Part shown: positions 1 to 11,684 of the stretch, one piece after another
How the letters are laid out: every line of letters starts with the position of its first letter
Numbering within the stretch: position 1 is the first letter of the stretch
NCBI GenBank assembly: GCA_025059775.1
Contig: JANXCW010000006.1
Coordinates: 22,361 to 86,360 of the forward strand
Length of the DNA stretch: 64,000 nt
Direction: 5' to 3'
From: Armatimonadota bacterium
GTDB taxonomy: Bacteria; Sysuimicrobiota; Sysuimicrobiia; Sysuimicrobiales; Sysuimicrobiaceae
Made by a program: the position numbers and the translations under genes
Notes under the pieces: model-generated
What the model was told of the DNA's origin: nothing
Seen by the model: the letters and a program-made list of their open reading frames with translations, nothing else
The model's database searches: none

Positions 1-1
1 G

Positions 2-2053
2 ACCCTGCAACTCCACGTAGAGGGTATGGACTGCGCGGAGTGCGTGCGAACCCTGGAGCAGGCTCTCGCCCAGCTCCCCGGCGTCCAGCAGGTGGAGGTC
101 CTGCCGGCCGCGGAGAAGGTGGTGATCCGCTTCGATCCCCTTCGGCTGAATGAGGCCGCCGTCCGCAGGGCCGTGGAGGAAGCCGGATACGTGTGCAAGA
201 CGCGGGAGGGGGAACCACGGGACGGGATCTCCCTCCCCATCCTCGCCGTGTTCGGAGCCCTGGTAGGCCTCGTCGTCGCCCTCGTGGTGGGGGAACTCTC
301 CGGGGTTTTCCAGATACTGGAACGCGGAATTCCCTGGCCCCTGTGGATCCTGGGGACCCTGGCCGCGGGATTTCCCGCCTTCCGGGCCGTGGTGCGGGCC
401 ACCCTGCGCCGCCGGATCACCGCCCACACCCTGATGACGGCAGGCGTGCTAGCCGCGGCCGCGGTGGGAGAGTGGGCCACCGGCTGCGTCCTCGCCCTGT
501 TCATGCGCATCGGGGAAGCGGTGGAGCGGTTCACCGTCCATCACGCTCGAACGGCCCTCCGGGCCCTGGTCCGGCTCCGGCCCCAGATGAGCCGGGTGGT
601 ACGGGCGGGCCAGGAGGTGGAGGTTCCCGTGGAGGAGGTCCGGCCGGGGGAGATCGTGGTGGTGCGGCCCGGGGAGCGGATTCCTGTGGACGGCGTGGTG
701 GTGGAGGGGCGTGCCACGGTGGACCAGAGCCCCCTCACCGGCGAGGCGGTACCGGTGGAGGTGGGGCCGGGGGATCGGGTGTTTGCAGCCACCATTGCCC
801 TGCTGGGAAGCCTGCGCATCCAAGCCACCCGGGTAGGCTCAGACACCACCTTCGGACGCATCCTCCACCTGGTGGAGGAGGCCGAAACCCACCGACCGGA
901 AGTCCAGCGGATCGCGGACCGCTTCAGCGCCTACTACCTGCCCGTGGTGGCCGCGGTAGGCCTGGGCACGTTGTTTCTGCGCCGGGACCCCCTGGCGATG
1001 GCCGCGGTATTCGCCGTGGCCTGCTCCTGTGCGTTTGCCCTCGCCACGCCCGTGGCCATCCTAGCGAGCATCGGGGCCGCCGCCCGGGGCGGCGTACTCA
1101 TCAAGGGCGGGCGCGCTCTGGAGGCCCTGGCCCGGGCAGACGTGCTCCTCCTGGACAAGACCGGAACGCTTACCCGGGGGCGCCCGCGTCTTACGGACGT
1201 CGTCCCGCTGAACGGGTGGGAGGAGGTCCAGGTGCTGGCGCTGGCCGCCAGCGCGGAGCACGATTCCGAGCACCCCCTGGCCCAGGCTATCCGACGGCTC
1301 GCGCGGGAGCGGGGGCTTCCGGTACGTGCTCCAGAGGAGTTCCAGGCTCTCCCGGGGATCGGCGTGCGGGCCCGGCTGGACGGGCACGAGGTCTCCGTGT
1401 GCAATCCCCGGGTGATCTGGCATCCGGAGCTCCACAGGGAGGTGCAGCGCCTCGCGGAAGAGGGAAAGACCGTCCTGTGCGTCCTGCGCGACGGAGAACC
1501 CCTAGGGCTTCTAGCGGCCTCGGACGAACTCCGGCCGGAGGTCCCCGAAGCTCTTGCGGAGTTGCGGAAGTTGGGGTTCTCCAGCATGGAGCTGCTGACC
1601 GGTGACCGACCAGAGGCCGCCGCGGCGGTGGCCCGATCCCTCGGCATTCCCTACCGGGCCGGACTCCTCCCGGAGGACAAGATCGCGGTGGTGCGGGACT
1701 ACCAGGCGCAGGGACATGTGGTGGTGATGGTTGGAGACGGGGTGAACGATGCCCCGGCCCTCGCGCAGGCGGATGTGGGGATCGCCATGGGGGGTGGGAC
1801 GGATGTGGCGCTGGAGGCCGGACACCTCGTCCTCCTACGGAGTGACTGGCGGCTGGTACCGGAGGCCATCCGAATGGCCCGCCGCACGGTTCGGGTCATT
1901 CGTACAAACATCGCCTTCACCACCCTCTACAACCTTCTGGGCCTCTCCCTGGCCGCCCTCGGCTACCTCCCGCCCATCCTCGCCGCCGCGGCCCAGGTCT
2001 TTCCGGATGTGGGCATCCTCCTCAACAGCGCGCGACTGCTGCGGTCCCGCTAG
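2..2053 (+). CDS. Heavy-metal P1B-type ATPase with N-terminal HMA domain (5' end lies outside the window)
   Basis: GMDCAEC HMA motif, TGE, CSC membrane motif, DKTGT, HP and [10 protein letters not shown]. The frame is open to the window edge ([11 protein letters not shown]). Confidence 0.95.
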   Translation, partial: TLQLHVEGMDCAECVRTLEQALAQLPGVQQVEVLPAAEKVVIRFDPLRLNEAAVRRAVEEAGYVCKTREGEPRDGISLPILAVFGALVGLVVALVVGELSGVFQILERGIPWPLWILGTLAAGFPAFRAVVRATLRRRITAHTLMTAGVLAAAAVGEWATGCVLALFMRIGEAVERFTVHHARTALRALVRLRPQMSRVVRAGQEVEVPVEEVRPGEIVVVRPGERIPVDGVVVEGRATVDQSPLTGEAVPVEVGPGDRVFAATIALLGSLRIQATRVGSDTTFGRILHLVEEAETHRPEVQRIADRFSAYYLPVVAAVGLGTLFLRRDPLAMAAVFAVACSCAFALATPVAILASIGAAARGGVLIKGGRALEALARADVLLLDKTGTLTRGRPRLTDVVPLNGWEEVQVLALAASAEHDSEHPLAQAIRRLARERGLPVRAPEEFQALPGIGVRARLDGHEVSVCNPRVIWHPELHREVQRLAEEGKTVLCVLRDGEPLGLLAASDELRPEVPEALAELRKLGFSSMELLTGDRPEAAAAVARSLGIPYRAGLLPEDKIAVVRDYQAQGHVVVMVGDGVNDAPALAQADVGIAMGGGTDVALEAGHLVLLRSDWRLVPEAIRMARRTVRVIRTNIAFTTLYNLLGLSLAALGYLPPILAAAAQVFPDVGILLNSARLLRSR

Positions 2054-2154
2054 CCCCTTGCCTGCAGAGTCTACGGATGTCAGGCTGACCACGGGACCTG
2101 CTATCCAGCACCGCCCCGCAGGGATGGGCGGTGCGGTATAAAGGGGGAGGCAGC

Positions 2155-3021
2155 ATGTGGGATTGGATCCGGCGTCCGAAATACGAGGCGAGTCCTCGTC
2201 GGGACATCCCCGCCGGCCTGTGGGTGAAGTGTCCCGGGTGCAACCGGCCCATCTATCGCAAGGAGCTGGAACGCAACTTGAAGGTGTGCACCCGCTGCGG
2301 CCACCACCACCGTATGAGCGCGCCGGAGCGTCTGCGGCTGCTGGTGGACGAAGGATCCTTCGTGGAGTGGGACGCGGGCCTAGGATCCGTAGACCCCCTG
2401 GGCTTCCCCGGATACGCGGACCGCTACGAGGAGGCGGCCCGCCGGACGGGCCGACGGGAGGCCGTGATCTGCGGAGAGGGGACCATTCAGGGAATACGCT
2501 CGGCCTTGGCGGTGATGGACTTCGACTTCCTGGGTGGCAGCATGGGATCCGCGGTGGGCGAGAAGATTGCCCGCACCTTCGAGCGAGCCACAGAGCGCGG
2601 GATTCCCGTGGTCACCTGCAGCGCCAGCGGTGGGGCCCGCATGCAGGAGGGGACTCTCTCCCTGGTGCAGATGGCGAAGACCTGTGCCGCGGTGGCACGC
2701 CTGCACGAGGCAGGCCTTCCCTTCGTCTCCATCCTCTGCGATCCCACCACGGGCGGGGTAGCGGCCTCCTTCGCCCTCCTCGGGGACGTGCACGTGGCGG
2801 AACCAGGGGCTCTCATCGGGTTCGCGGGCCAGCGGGTCATCGAGCAGACCATGCGCCAGAAGCTCCCGGAAGGGTTCCAGACCGCTGAGTTCCTGCTGCA
2901 GCACGGGATGGTGGACCTCATCGTACCCCGCCCCCAACTGAAGGAGACCGTGGCCCAGATCCTGCGGCTGCTGGGGTGCAGGGCGGAGGCAACCGCGGAT
3001 GAGCGTGCCCCCATCGGTTGA
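2155..3021 (+). CDS. accD: Acetyl-CoA carboxylase carboxyltransferase beta subunit
   Basis: LWVKCPGC...CTRC zinc finger, GGSMG, SGGARMQEG, PTTGGV. GGGGAGG RBS precedes ATG 2155. Confidence 0.97.
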   Translation: MWDWIRRPKYEASPRRDIPAGLWVKCPGCNRPIYRKELERNLKVCTRCGHHHRMSAPERLRLLVDEGSFVEWDAGLGSVDPLGFPGYADRYEEAARRTGRREAVICGEGTIQGIRSALAVMDFDFLGGSMGSAVGEKIARTFERATERGIPVVTCSASGGARMQEGTLSLVQMAKTCAAVARLHEAGLPFVSILCDPTTGGVAASFALLGDVHVAEPGALIGFAGQRVIEQTMRQKLPEGFQTAEFLLQHGMVDLIVPRPQLKETVAQILRLLGCRAEATADERAPIG

Positions 3022-3838
3022 GCCCCGCCCCTCTCCCTGGGAAATCGTGCAGCTGGCACGACATCCCCAGCGGCCCAAGCTGGACGACTACCTGGAGGCC
3101 CTGTTCACCGAGGTCACGGAGCTGCACGGAGACCGTCTCTTTGGAGACGACCCCGCCCTGTTCTGCGGCCTCGCCCGGTTCGAGGGGGAACCCGTGGTGG
3201 TGATCGGGCACCGCAAGGGTCGGCAGACCAAGGAGAACCTGGAGCGCCGCTGGGGGATGCCAAACCCTGAGGGTTTCCGCAAGGCGGTGCGGGTCATGCG
3301 CCTGGCGGAGAAGCGCAAGCTCCCGGTCCTCTCCTTCGTGGACACCCCCGCCGCCTATCCTGGCATCGAGGCGGAGGAACGGGGCCAGGCGGAGGCCATC
3401 GCCCGTGCCATCCTCACCATGGCCCGACTGCGCACCCCCATCGCGGTGGTGATCACGGGCGAGGGCGGGAGCGGAGGGGCCTTGGGCATCGCAGTGGGCG
3501 ATCGGATCCTCATGATGGCGTATTCCGTCTACTCCGTGATCCCACCGGAAGGGTGCGCCGCCATCCTCTGGCGGGACGCGGCGCGGAAGGAGGAAGCCGC
3601 GGACGCCTTGAAGCTCACCGCGTGGGATCTGCAGCAGCTCGGCGTGGTGGACGAGGTGATCCCGGAACCTCCAGGCGGCGCCCACGAGGATCTCCCCCGG
3701 ACCTTCGCCGCGGTCCGGGAGGCCCTCCGTCGCACCCTGCAGATCCTGCGGGCCACCCCCGTTGACGAGCTGCTGGCGAGAAGGTACGCGAAGTACCGGA
3801 GCCTGGGCCGGTTTGCGGAGGAGACGGATGAACCGTGA
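2999..3838 (+). CDS. accA: Acetyl-CoA carboxylase carboxyltransferase alpha subunit (short N-terminus)
   Basis: ARHPQRP, ELHGDR, DTPAAYPG, AEERGQ, GEGGSGGAL. Confidence 0.96.
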   Translation: MSVPPSVEPRPSPWEIVQLARHPQRPKLDDYLEALFTEVTELHGDRLFGDDPALFCGLARFEGEPVVVIGHRKGRQTKENLERRWGMPNPEGFRKAVRVMRLAEKRKLPVLSFVDTPAAYPGIEAEERGQAEAIARAILTMARLRTPIAVVITGEGGSGGALGIAVGDRILMMAYSVYSVIPPEGCAAILWRDAARKEEAADALKLTAWDLQQLGVVDEVIPEPPGGAHEDLPRTFAAVREALRRTLQILRATPVDELLARRYAKYRSLGRFAEETDEP

Positions 3839-4289
3839 GGATGCCCTGAACGTGGAGGAGATCCGGGAGCTCGTGCGCATCGTGAGCGAAGCGGACATCG
3901 CGGAGCTGGAGATCGAGACGGGCAGCCTGCGGGTGGCCATCCGCAAGGGCCGCGGGAACAGCGCTCCCCCTCCGCCTCCCACCGTCTCCTCCCAGACCCA
4001 CTCCCCCGCGGAGACCACGCCCGAACTTCCGACCCCGAGGTGGATCCCCGTCACGGCCCCCATGGTGGGCACCTTCTACCGGGCGCCGGCCCCGGACGCC
4101 CCGCCCTTCGTGAATGAGGGGGACCGGGTGACCGCGGGCCAGACGGTGTGCCTCATCGAGGCCATGAAGATGTTCAACGAGATCCCCGCGGAGGTAGCAG
4201 GCCGGGTGATGCGCATCCTCGTGGAGAACGGTACCCCCGTGGAGTATGGGCAGCCCCTCATGCTCATCGAACCTGAGACCGAAACCTGA
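3828..4289 (+). CDS. accB: Biotin carboxyl carrier protein
   Basis: APMVGTFYRAP and the EAMKM biotinylation motif. Start moved to ATG 3828, which follows GGAGGAG. Confidence 0.96.
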   Translation: MNREDALNVEEIRELVRIVSEADIAELEIETGSLRVAIRKGRGNSAPPPPPTVSSQTHSPAETTPELPTPRWIPVTAPMVGTFYRAPAPDAPPFVNEGDRVTAGQTVCLIEAMKMFNEIPAEVAGRVMRILVENGTPVEYGQPLMLIEPETET

Positions 4290-4315
4290 ACGGGTCCGCG
4301 AACGGAGGAGTCCCC

Positions 4316-5674
<1,359 letters not shown>

Positions 5675-5704
5675 GGGCCGGTGGACGGGGAAGGAGGCGG
5701 GGAC

Positions 5705-6703
5705 ATGGAGCGGGTCGAGGAACGGGTGGCTCTGGAGCGGATGCTGGACTGGTACCGCCGGATGGTGTTCGTACGGCGGTTCGAGGAGCAGACGGAACGC
5801 AGCTTCCGGCGGGGGAGGATCGGTGGCTACCTTCATGTGTACATCGGTCAGGAGGCGGTGGCCACGGGGTTTCTGGACGCCATCCGGGAGGACGACATCT
5901 TCTTCGCCAGCTACCGAGACCACGCCCATGCCCTCCTGCGGGGAACGGACCCCCGGGCCGTGATGGCGGAGCTCTACGGCAAGGTCACGGGGGTGGCGAA
6001 GGGGAAGGGCGGCTCCATGCATCTCGTGGACGTCCCGCGGGGCTTCTACGGCGGCTACGGGATCGTAGGAGGCCACCTGCCGCTTGCGGTGGGCGCCGCC
6101 TATGCCCTCCGCTACCAGGGGACGGACCGGGTCTGCCTGTGCTTTTTCGGGGATGGGGCCATGAACTCCGGCGCCTTCCATGAGGCCGCGAACCTAGCGG
6201 GACTGTGGGGCAAGGAAGGGATGTGTCCCGTGGTCTTCGTGGTCGAGAACAACCAGTACGGCATGGGCACCTCCGTGGATCGAGCCTCCGCGGTGCCGGA
6301 CCTCGCCCGGCGTTTCGACGCCTACGCCATCCCCAACGAACGGTGCGACGGCATGGACGTGGTGGTGGTGTACGAGGTGGCCCGACGGGTGGTGGAGGAG
6401 GTACGGCGCACCGGACGCCCGTACGCGGTGGAGGCTGTGACCTACCGGTTCAGCGGTCACGGGGCCGCGGATCTTTTCCAGAGCTACCGCACCAAGGAGG
6501 AGGTGGAGCGCTGGCGGCAGCGGGATCCCCTCCTCCTGCTGGAGCGACGGCTGCGGGAACGCGGCGCCCTGGACGACGCCATGAAGGCGGAGATCTACGC
6601 GTGGGCGGAGGAGCTGGTGGAGGACGCCGTGGCCTTTGCGGAGCAAAGCCCGGAACCTCCGCCGGAGGAGTTGTACACCGACGTGTACGGAGCGGACCCG
6701 TGA
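5705..6703 (+). CDS. pdhA: Pyruvate dehydrogenase E1 alpha
   Basis: GYLHVYIGQEA, YRDH, GKGGSMH, and the GDGA...ENN TPP-binding motif. Confidence 0.92.
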   Translation: MERVEERVALERMLDWYRRMVFVRRFEEQTERSFRRGRIGGYLHVYIGQEAVATGFLDAIREDDIFFASYRDHAHALLRGTDPRAVMAELYGKVTGVAKGKGGSMHLVDVPRGFYGGYGIVGGHLPLAVGAAYALRYQGTDRVCLCFFGDGAMNSGAFHEAANLAGLWGKEGMCPVVFVVENNQYGMGTSVDRASAVPDLARRFDAYAIPNERCDGMDVVVVYEVARRVVEEVRRTGRPYAVEAVTYRFSGHGAADLFQSYRTKEEVERWRQRDPLLLLERRLRERGALDDAMKAEIYAWAEELVEDAVAFAEQSPEPPPEELYTDVYGADP

Positions 6704-7674
6704 CGGAGATGACCTACCGGGAGGCCATCCGGTCCACCCTCATCGAGGAGATGGATCGCGATCCCGCGGTGCTGGTGCTGGGGGAGGATATCGGGGTCTA
6801 CGGGGGCACCTTCCGGATCACGGAGGGCCTTTTGAGCCGGTACGGCCCCCGCCGGGTGATGGACACGCCCATCAGCGAACTGGGATTCATCGGGGCCGCC
6901 ATTGGCATGGCCATGCTGGGCCTGCGACCCGTGGTGGAGGTGATGACCTGGAACTTCAGCCTCCCCGCCGCAGACCAGATCCTCCAGAACGCGGCGAAGG
7001 TCCGGTACTTCTCCGGTGGACAGCTACGGGCGCCGGTGGTGATCCGGGGGCCCAACGGGGCTGGGGTGCAGCTTTCGGCCCAGCACTCCCAGTCCTTCGA
7101 GTCCTTCTACGGCCACTTCCCGGGGCTGAAGGTGGTGACCCCGGCCACGCCCGCGGATGCCAAGGGCCTGCTACGGGCTGCCATCCGGGGAGAGGATCCG
7201 GTGATCTTCCTGGAGCACGCGGCCCTCTACGGCATCCGGGGGGAAGTCCCCGAGGGGGACTACACGGTGCCCTTCGGGAAGGCCTCGGTGGTGCGGCCCG
7301 GGCACCACGTGACCGTGGTGAGCTACAGCCGCATGCTGCACCTGGCGCTCTCGGCCGCCGAACGGCTAAGCCGGGAGGGAATCGAGTGCGAGGTGATTGA
7401 CCTCCGTTCCCTCCGACCCCTGGACATGGACACCGTGGCGGCCTCCGTACGCAAAACCCACCGAGCGGTTGTGGTGCAGGAACAATGGCGGCTCTATGGG
7501 GCCGCGGCAGAGATCTCCGCGCAGATCTACGAGCGGTGCTTCGACGACCTGGATGCCCCCGTAGAGCGGGTCACGGGCGAGGACGTCCCCGCACCGTACG
7601 CCCGAAACCTGGAGCTTTTGACGTTCCCCGACGAGCAGAAGATCATGGAAGCGGTGCGGCAGGTCACCGTCTGA
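6700..7674 (+). CDS. pdhB: Pyruvate dehydrogenase E1 beta
   Basis: GEDIG, DTPISE, QHSQS, DLRSLRPLD. GTG start overlaps the pdhA stop (GTGA). Confidence 0.92.
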   Translation: MTEMTYREAIRSTLIEEMDRDPAVLVLGEDIGVYGGTFRITEGLLSRYGPRRVMDTPISELGFIGAAIGMAMLGLRPVVEVMTWNFSLPAADQILQNAAKVRYFSGGQLRAPVVIRGPNGAGVQLSAQHSQSFESFYGHFPGLKVVTPATPADAKGLLRAAIRGEDPVIFLEHAALYGIRGEVPEGDYTVPFGKASVVRPGHHVTVVSYSRMLHLALSAAERLSREGIECEVIDLRSLRPLDMDTVAASVRKTHRAVVVQEQWRLYGAAAEISAQIYERCFDDLDAPVERVTGEDVPAPYARNLELLTFPDEQKIMEAVRQVTV

Positions 7675-7683
7675 GGAGCGGAG

Positions 7684-8862
7684 ATGGCGGAAGTCATCAT
7701 GCCGAAGATGGGCGACGCCATGGTCACGGGGAAGATCCTGGCCTGGCGCAAGAGGCACGGCGAACGGGTGGAGAAGGGGGAGCCGCTGCTGGAGATCGAG
7801 ACGGACAAGGTGAACGTGGAGGTGGAGGCGGAAAGCAGCGGGGTGCTTCACATCCTGGCCCGGGAAGGGGAGGTGGTCCCCGTGGGCCAGGTGATCGCCT
7901 ACATCAACGGAACTGAGACCGTAGCGCCCCCACAGCCGCCCACGGAGGCACGGCCTCCCGCTCCCGAGGCGAAGGCCGTGGAAGCCGCGGAGGCGGAACG
8001 GGTGAAGGCTTCCCCTCTTGCCCGGAGGCTCGCGGCCCAATATGGCATCGACCTCACGAAGGTCCGCGGAACGGGCCCCGGTGGACGTATCGTGGAGCGG
8101 GACATCCAGACCTACCTGGCCCAGCTCCGGCCCCCACAGGCTCCCCCAAGTCCCACGGCTCCACCCGGGGCGGAGTACGAGGATCTGGAGTTGCCGCGGA
8201 TGCGGCAGGCGATTGCCCGCACCGTGGTTCTCAGCAAGCAGACCATTCCCCACTTCTACGTGACCGCGGAGGCGGACCTCTCCCGGGCCTTGGAGCTGCG
8301 CCGACAGCTGGAGGAGGCCCTGGGAGAGGACGGCCGGGTCACCGTGAACGACCTGGTCCTCAAGGCCACGGTCCTCGCCCTGCGCAGGCATCCGGAACTC
8401 CGGAGCCAGATCCTGGACGACCGCACCCTCCGACGGTTCTCCAGCGTCCACCTGGGCATTCTCGTGGCGACACCGGACGGACTCGTAAACCCCGTGCTGC
8501 GGGACGCGGATGGGCTGACTCTCCTGCAGCTGGCCCGGGAGGCCCGACGGCTCATCGAAGGAGCCCGGGGCGGGCGTCTGCGGCAGGAGGAGTACACGGG
8601 CGCGGTGTTCTCCGTAAGTAACCTGGGCATGTACGACGTGGTCAACTTTGCGGCCATTATCCCCCCCCACCAGGCCGGGATCCTGGCGGTGGGGCGAGCC
8701 CAGGAGCGACCCGTGGTCCGTGAGGGGCGGGTGGAGGTGCGGCCCGTGGTCTCCTTAACCGTCTCCGTGGACCACCGGATCACGGACGGGGTCGGGGCCG
8801 CGGAGTTCCTGATGGACCTCAAGCACCTGCTGGAGCACCCCCTCCTCCTCCTGGCGGAGTAG
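7684..8862 (+). CDS. pdhC: Dihydrolipoamide acetyltransferase E2
   Basis: ETDKV lipoyl domain, E3-binding motif ASPLARRLA...GTGPGGRI, DHRITDG catalytic motif. Confidence 0.93.
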   Translation: MAEVIMPKMGDAMVTGKILAWRKRHGERVEKGEPLLEIETDKVNVEVEAESSGVLHILAREGEVVPVGQVIAYINGTETVAPPQPPTEARPPAPEAKAVEAAEAERVKASPLARRLAAQYGIDLTKVRGTGPGGRIVERDIQTYLAQLRPPQAPPSPTAPPGAEYEDLELPRMRQAIARTVVLSKQTIPHFYVTAEADLSRALELRRQLEEALGEDGRVTVNDLVLKATVLALRRHPELRSQILDDRTLRRFSSVHLGILVATPDGLVNPVLRDADGLTLLQLAREARRLIEGARGGRLRQEEYTGAVFSVSNLGMYDVVNFAAIIPPHQAGILAVGRAQERPVVREGRVEVRPVVSLTVSVDHRITDGVGAAEFLMDLKHLLEHPLLLLAE

Positions 8863-9412
8863 GCTTCAGCTCCTGAAGGGTCCGCTCGTATACCCCCAGG
8901 TCCCTCTCGCTCCACAGGACCATGCGTACCAGATCAAACCTCCCTGGGTTTTGCTCCAGGAACGCCAGGATGGTGCGCAGGGCCACCCGGGCCGCCCGCT
9001 CGATGGGGAACCCATACGCCCCTGTGCTGATGGAGGGGAAGGCCACGGCGCGCAGGCCCCGATCCAGTGCCAGCTGTAGGCTGTTGCGGTACGCCCGGGC
9101 GAGGGTCTCGTCCTCCCCGGCCCCCCCACCCTGCCACACGGGTCCCACCGTGTGGATCACGAACCTGGCGGGGAGGTTCCCGCCCGTGGTGATCACCGCC
9201 TCCCCCGGCGGGAGGCGGTGGCCGGGAAGGCTCTGTGCAATGCGCCTGCACTCCTCCAAGATGGCGGGACCGCCCGCCCGGTGGATGGCGCCGTCCACCC
9301 CGCCCCCACCCATGAGGGTGGGGTTGGCCGCGTTCACGATGGCGTCCACCGTCTGCTGGGTGATATCGCCCTGCACCAGTTCCACCCGGGTTCCGCCCAC
9401 CACGATCTCCAT
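8819..9412 (-). CDS. Macro domain protein (O-acetyl-ADP-ribose deacetylase, YmdB-like)
   Basis: GDIT, NAAN, GGGGVDGAIH, FPSISTGAYG. Confidence 0.93.
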   Translation of the reverse strand: MEIVVGGTRVELVQGDITQQTVDAIVNAANPTLMGGGGVDGAIHRAGGPAILEECRRIAQSLPGHRLPPGEAVITTGGNLPARFVIHTVGPVWQGGGAGEDETLARAYRNSLQLALDRGLRAVAFPSISTGAYGFPIERAARVALRTILAFLEQNPGRFDLVRMVLWSERDLGVYERTLQELKPTPPGGGGGAPAGA

Positions 9413-9427
9413 ACACACCTCCCCCCG

Positions 9428-10366
9428 TCACTCCGCCTTCTGAAGTGCCACGTACGCGGCGCCGAGCAGGCCCGCACCTTCCCCCAGGGCCGCGGCCAGG
9501 ATGCGGGCAGCCCGGAAGGGTGCCTCGAACGCTGCTTCCCGCGCCGCCCGCACGAGGGGACCCTCCACTAGGTCCCAGGATCGCGCCACCCCGCCACCAA
9601 TGACCACCACCTCCGGATTCAGGAGGTTCAGCATGCTCCCCACCGCGAGCCCCATCATCCAACTGGCCCGTTCCAGCACCCGCCGCGCCAGCGGATCCCC
9701 TCCCCGCGCCGCCTCCGCGACCTCCCGCGCGGTGATCTCCTCCACCGCTGCCAGTCCGCTGGGCTCTCCCCGGGCGAGGGCTTCCCGCGCCGCGCGGGCG
9801 ATGGCCCGTCCTCCCGCGATCCCCTCCAGATGCCCCCGCCGGCCACAGGGGCAGAGGGGGCCCAGGGGATCCACGGTGACGTGTCCGATCTCGCCCGCGG
9901 TGTCCGAGGCACCCCGATAGATGCGGCCGTCTACGATCAGTCCCCCGCCGATCCCCGTGCTCCACGTGATGTACAACACGTGCCGGGCTCCCCGGGCTGC
10001 CCCCCGCCACCACTCCCCCACCGCCGCGGCGTTCGCGTCGTTCTCGAGGGTCACCGCAAGCCCCAGCCGCTCCTCCAGAAGGGCTCGCAGGGGAACCTCC
10101 TGCCAGCCCGGGAGGTTGGGCGGGGCGTGCACGATCCCTTCCGTCACGCTCAGGGGCCCCGGAACTCCCACCCCCATGCGTCGCGGCATCTCCCGCGTCC
10201 GGGGGCGGAGCTCCTCCACAAGCCGCGCGATGGCCTCCACCACGGCCTTCGGACCTTCCTGGGGCGTGCGCACCCGCAGGGTGGCCACCAGCTCCCCCGT
10301 GGAGTCCACGAGACCCACCCGGAGGTTTGTGGCCCCCAGATCCACCGTCCAGATCCACTCCTCCAC
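9428..10366 (-). CDS. ROK family sugar kinase (glucokinase-like)
   Basis: DLGATN, ENDANAAA, TGIGGG, EIGH...CPCG..G. GTG start follows GGAGGAGG. Confidence 0.92.
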   Translation of the reverse strand: MEEWIWTVDLGATNLRVGLVDSTGELVATLRVRTPQEGPKAVVEAIARLVEELRPRTREMPRRMGVGVPGPLSVTEGIVHAPPNLPGWQEVPLRALLEERLGLAVTLENDANAAAVGEWWRGAARGARHVLYITWSTGIGGGLIVDGRIYRGASDTAGEIGHVTVDPLGPLCPCGRRGHLEGIAGGRAIARAAREALARGEPSGLAAVEEITAREVAEAARGGDPLARRVLERASWMMGLAVGSMLNLLNPEVVVIGGGVARSWDLVEGPLVRAAREAAFEAPFRAARILAAALGEGAGLLGAAYVALQKAE

Positions 10367-10478
10367 GCGGTTCCTCCTCCACGCCAAGCCTACCGTAACT
10401 CCCGTCCGGGTGCGGAAGGAGTTCTCGACCCCTGCATGCAATCCTCTCTGGTGGGATCCCGAACAGGGGAGGGAGGGT

Positions 10479-11354
10479 ATGACCGCCGTGGGCGTGTACG
10501 GGACTGCGATCCTCCTCGTGGCCATCTGGCTGCTGTGGAGCTCCGTAAAGATCGTGCGGGAGTACCAGCGGCTGGTGGTGTTCCGGCTGGGCCGGAGCAT
10601 CGGCCGCCGGGGCCCGGGAGTGGTGTTCCTCATTCCCTTCGTGGACCGGGCTATGTGGGTGGATCTCCGGGAGGCATTCCTGGAGATCCCCTCCCAGACC
10701 TGCATCACCAAGGACAACGCGCCCATTAACATCGACTTCCTCATCTACTGGAAGGTGGTGGATCCGGAATCCTCCGTGATCCAGGTACAGGACTTCGCGG
10801 GTGCCGCCCGAGGCATCGCCACCACCACCCTGCGGGCCGTGATCGGGGACATCCTCCTGGACGATGTGCTGGCCCGGCGGGAGCAGATTAACCAGGTGCT
10901 GCGGGCCAAGCTGGATGAGGTAACCGAGCGGTGGGGGGTGAAGGTGACCGCGGTGGAGATCCGGGAGATCCTCCCGCCCCGGGAGGTCCAGGAGGCCATG
11001 ACCCGCCAGATGAGCGCGGAGCGGAACCGCCGGGCCGTGGTTACGGAGGCGGACGGCAAGCGGGAGGCGGCCATCAAGGTGGCGGAGGGCGAAAAGCAGG
11101 CGGCCATCCTGCGGGCGGAGGGCGATCGGCAGGCAGCTATCCTGCGGGCGGAGGGATTCGCGCTCGCGTTGGACAAGATCTTCAGTGTGGCTCGCAACGT
11201 GGATGCCAACACCATGGCCCTCCAGTACCTGGAGACCCTAAAGGCCCTGGGCGCTAGTCCCGCTACCAAGTTCGTCTTTCCGCTGGAGTTCACGCGTCTG
11301 GTGGCGCCCTTTGCAGACCTAGCTCGAGGATCTGACGCTAGCCGGCAGGGATGA
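10479..11354 (+). CDS. SPFH/Band 7 (stomatin-like) membrane protein
   Basis: N-terminal TM segment, VVFRLGR, ITKDN, WGVKVTAVEI, AEGEKQAAIL repeats. Confidence 0.92.
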   Translation: MTAVGVYGTAILLVAIWLLWSSVKIVREYQRLVVFRLGRSIGRRGPGVVFLIPFVDRAMWVDLREAFLEIPSQTCITKDNAPINIDFLIYWKVVDPESSVIQVQDFAGAARGIATTTLRAVIGDILLDDVLARREQINQVLRAKLDEVTERWGVKVTAVEIREILPPREVQEAMTRQMSAERNRRAVVTEADGKREAAIKVAEGEKQAAILRAEGDRQAAILRAEGFALALDKIFSVARNVDANTMALQYLETLKALGASPATKFVFPLEFTRLVAPFADLARGSDASRQG

Positions 11355-11434
11355 TCCAGATCGAGGCGGAACCAGCGACTTCCCCAACTCCGTAGCGTAG
11401 GTCAGGAGACGTGTCCAGTCGGAGGTGATTGGAG

Positions 11435-11683
11435 ATGTTGTGTCCAGTCTGCCAAGTGGAGCTACGGATCGCGGAGCGCAGCGGCATTGAGATCGACTAC
11501 TGCCCCAAGTGTCGGGGCGTGTGGTTAGACCGAGGTGAACTCGACAAGATCATCGAACGATCTCTGGGGACGTCTGAAATCTCCAGATACGGGGAAGGTC
11601 CGTATCCGGAACGATACTCGGAGATACACAAGCATCGGAGGAAGCGTAAGTCATTCCTGAGCGAGTTGTTTGACTTCGACTGA
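11435..11683 (+). CDS. Small zf-TFIIB-type zinc-ribbon protein
   Basis: CPVC...EIDYCPKCRGVWLDRGELDKII and C-terminal SFLSELFD. GGAGGTGA RBS upstream. Confidence 0.88.
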   Translation: MLCPVCQVELRIAERSGIEIDYCPKCRGVWLDRGELDKIIERSLGTSEISRYGEGPYPERYSEIHKHRRKRKSFLSELFDFD

Positions 11684-11684
11684 T

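Noticed and set aside
8819..8862. 44-bp convergent overlap of pdhC and the macro-domain gene
   Set aside because: The tail is low-complexity and consistent with stop-codon drift in a compact genome; there is no evidence of function.
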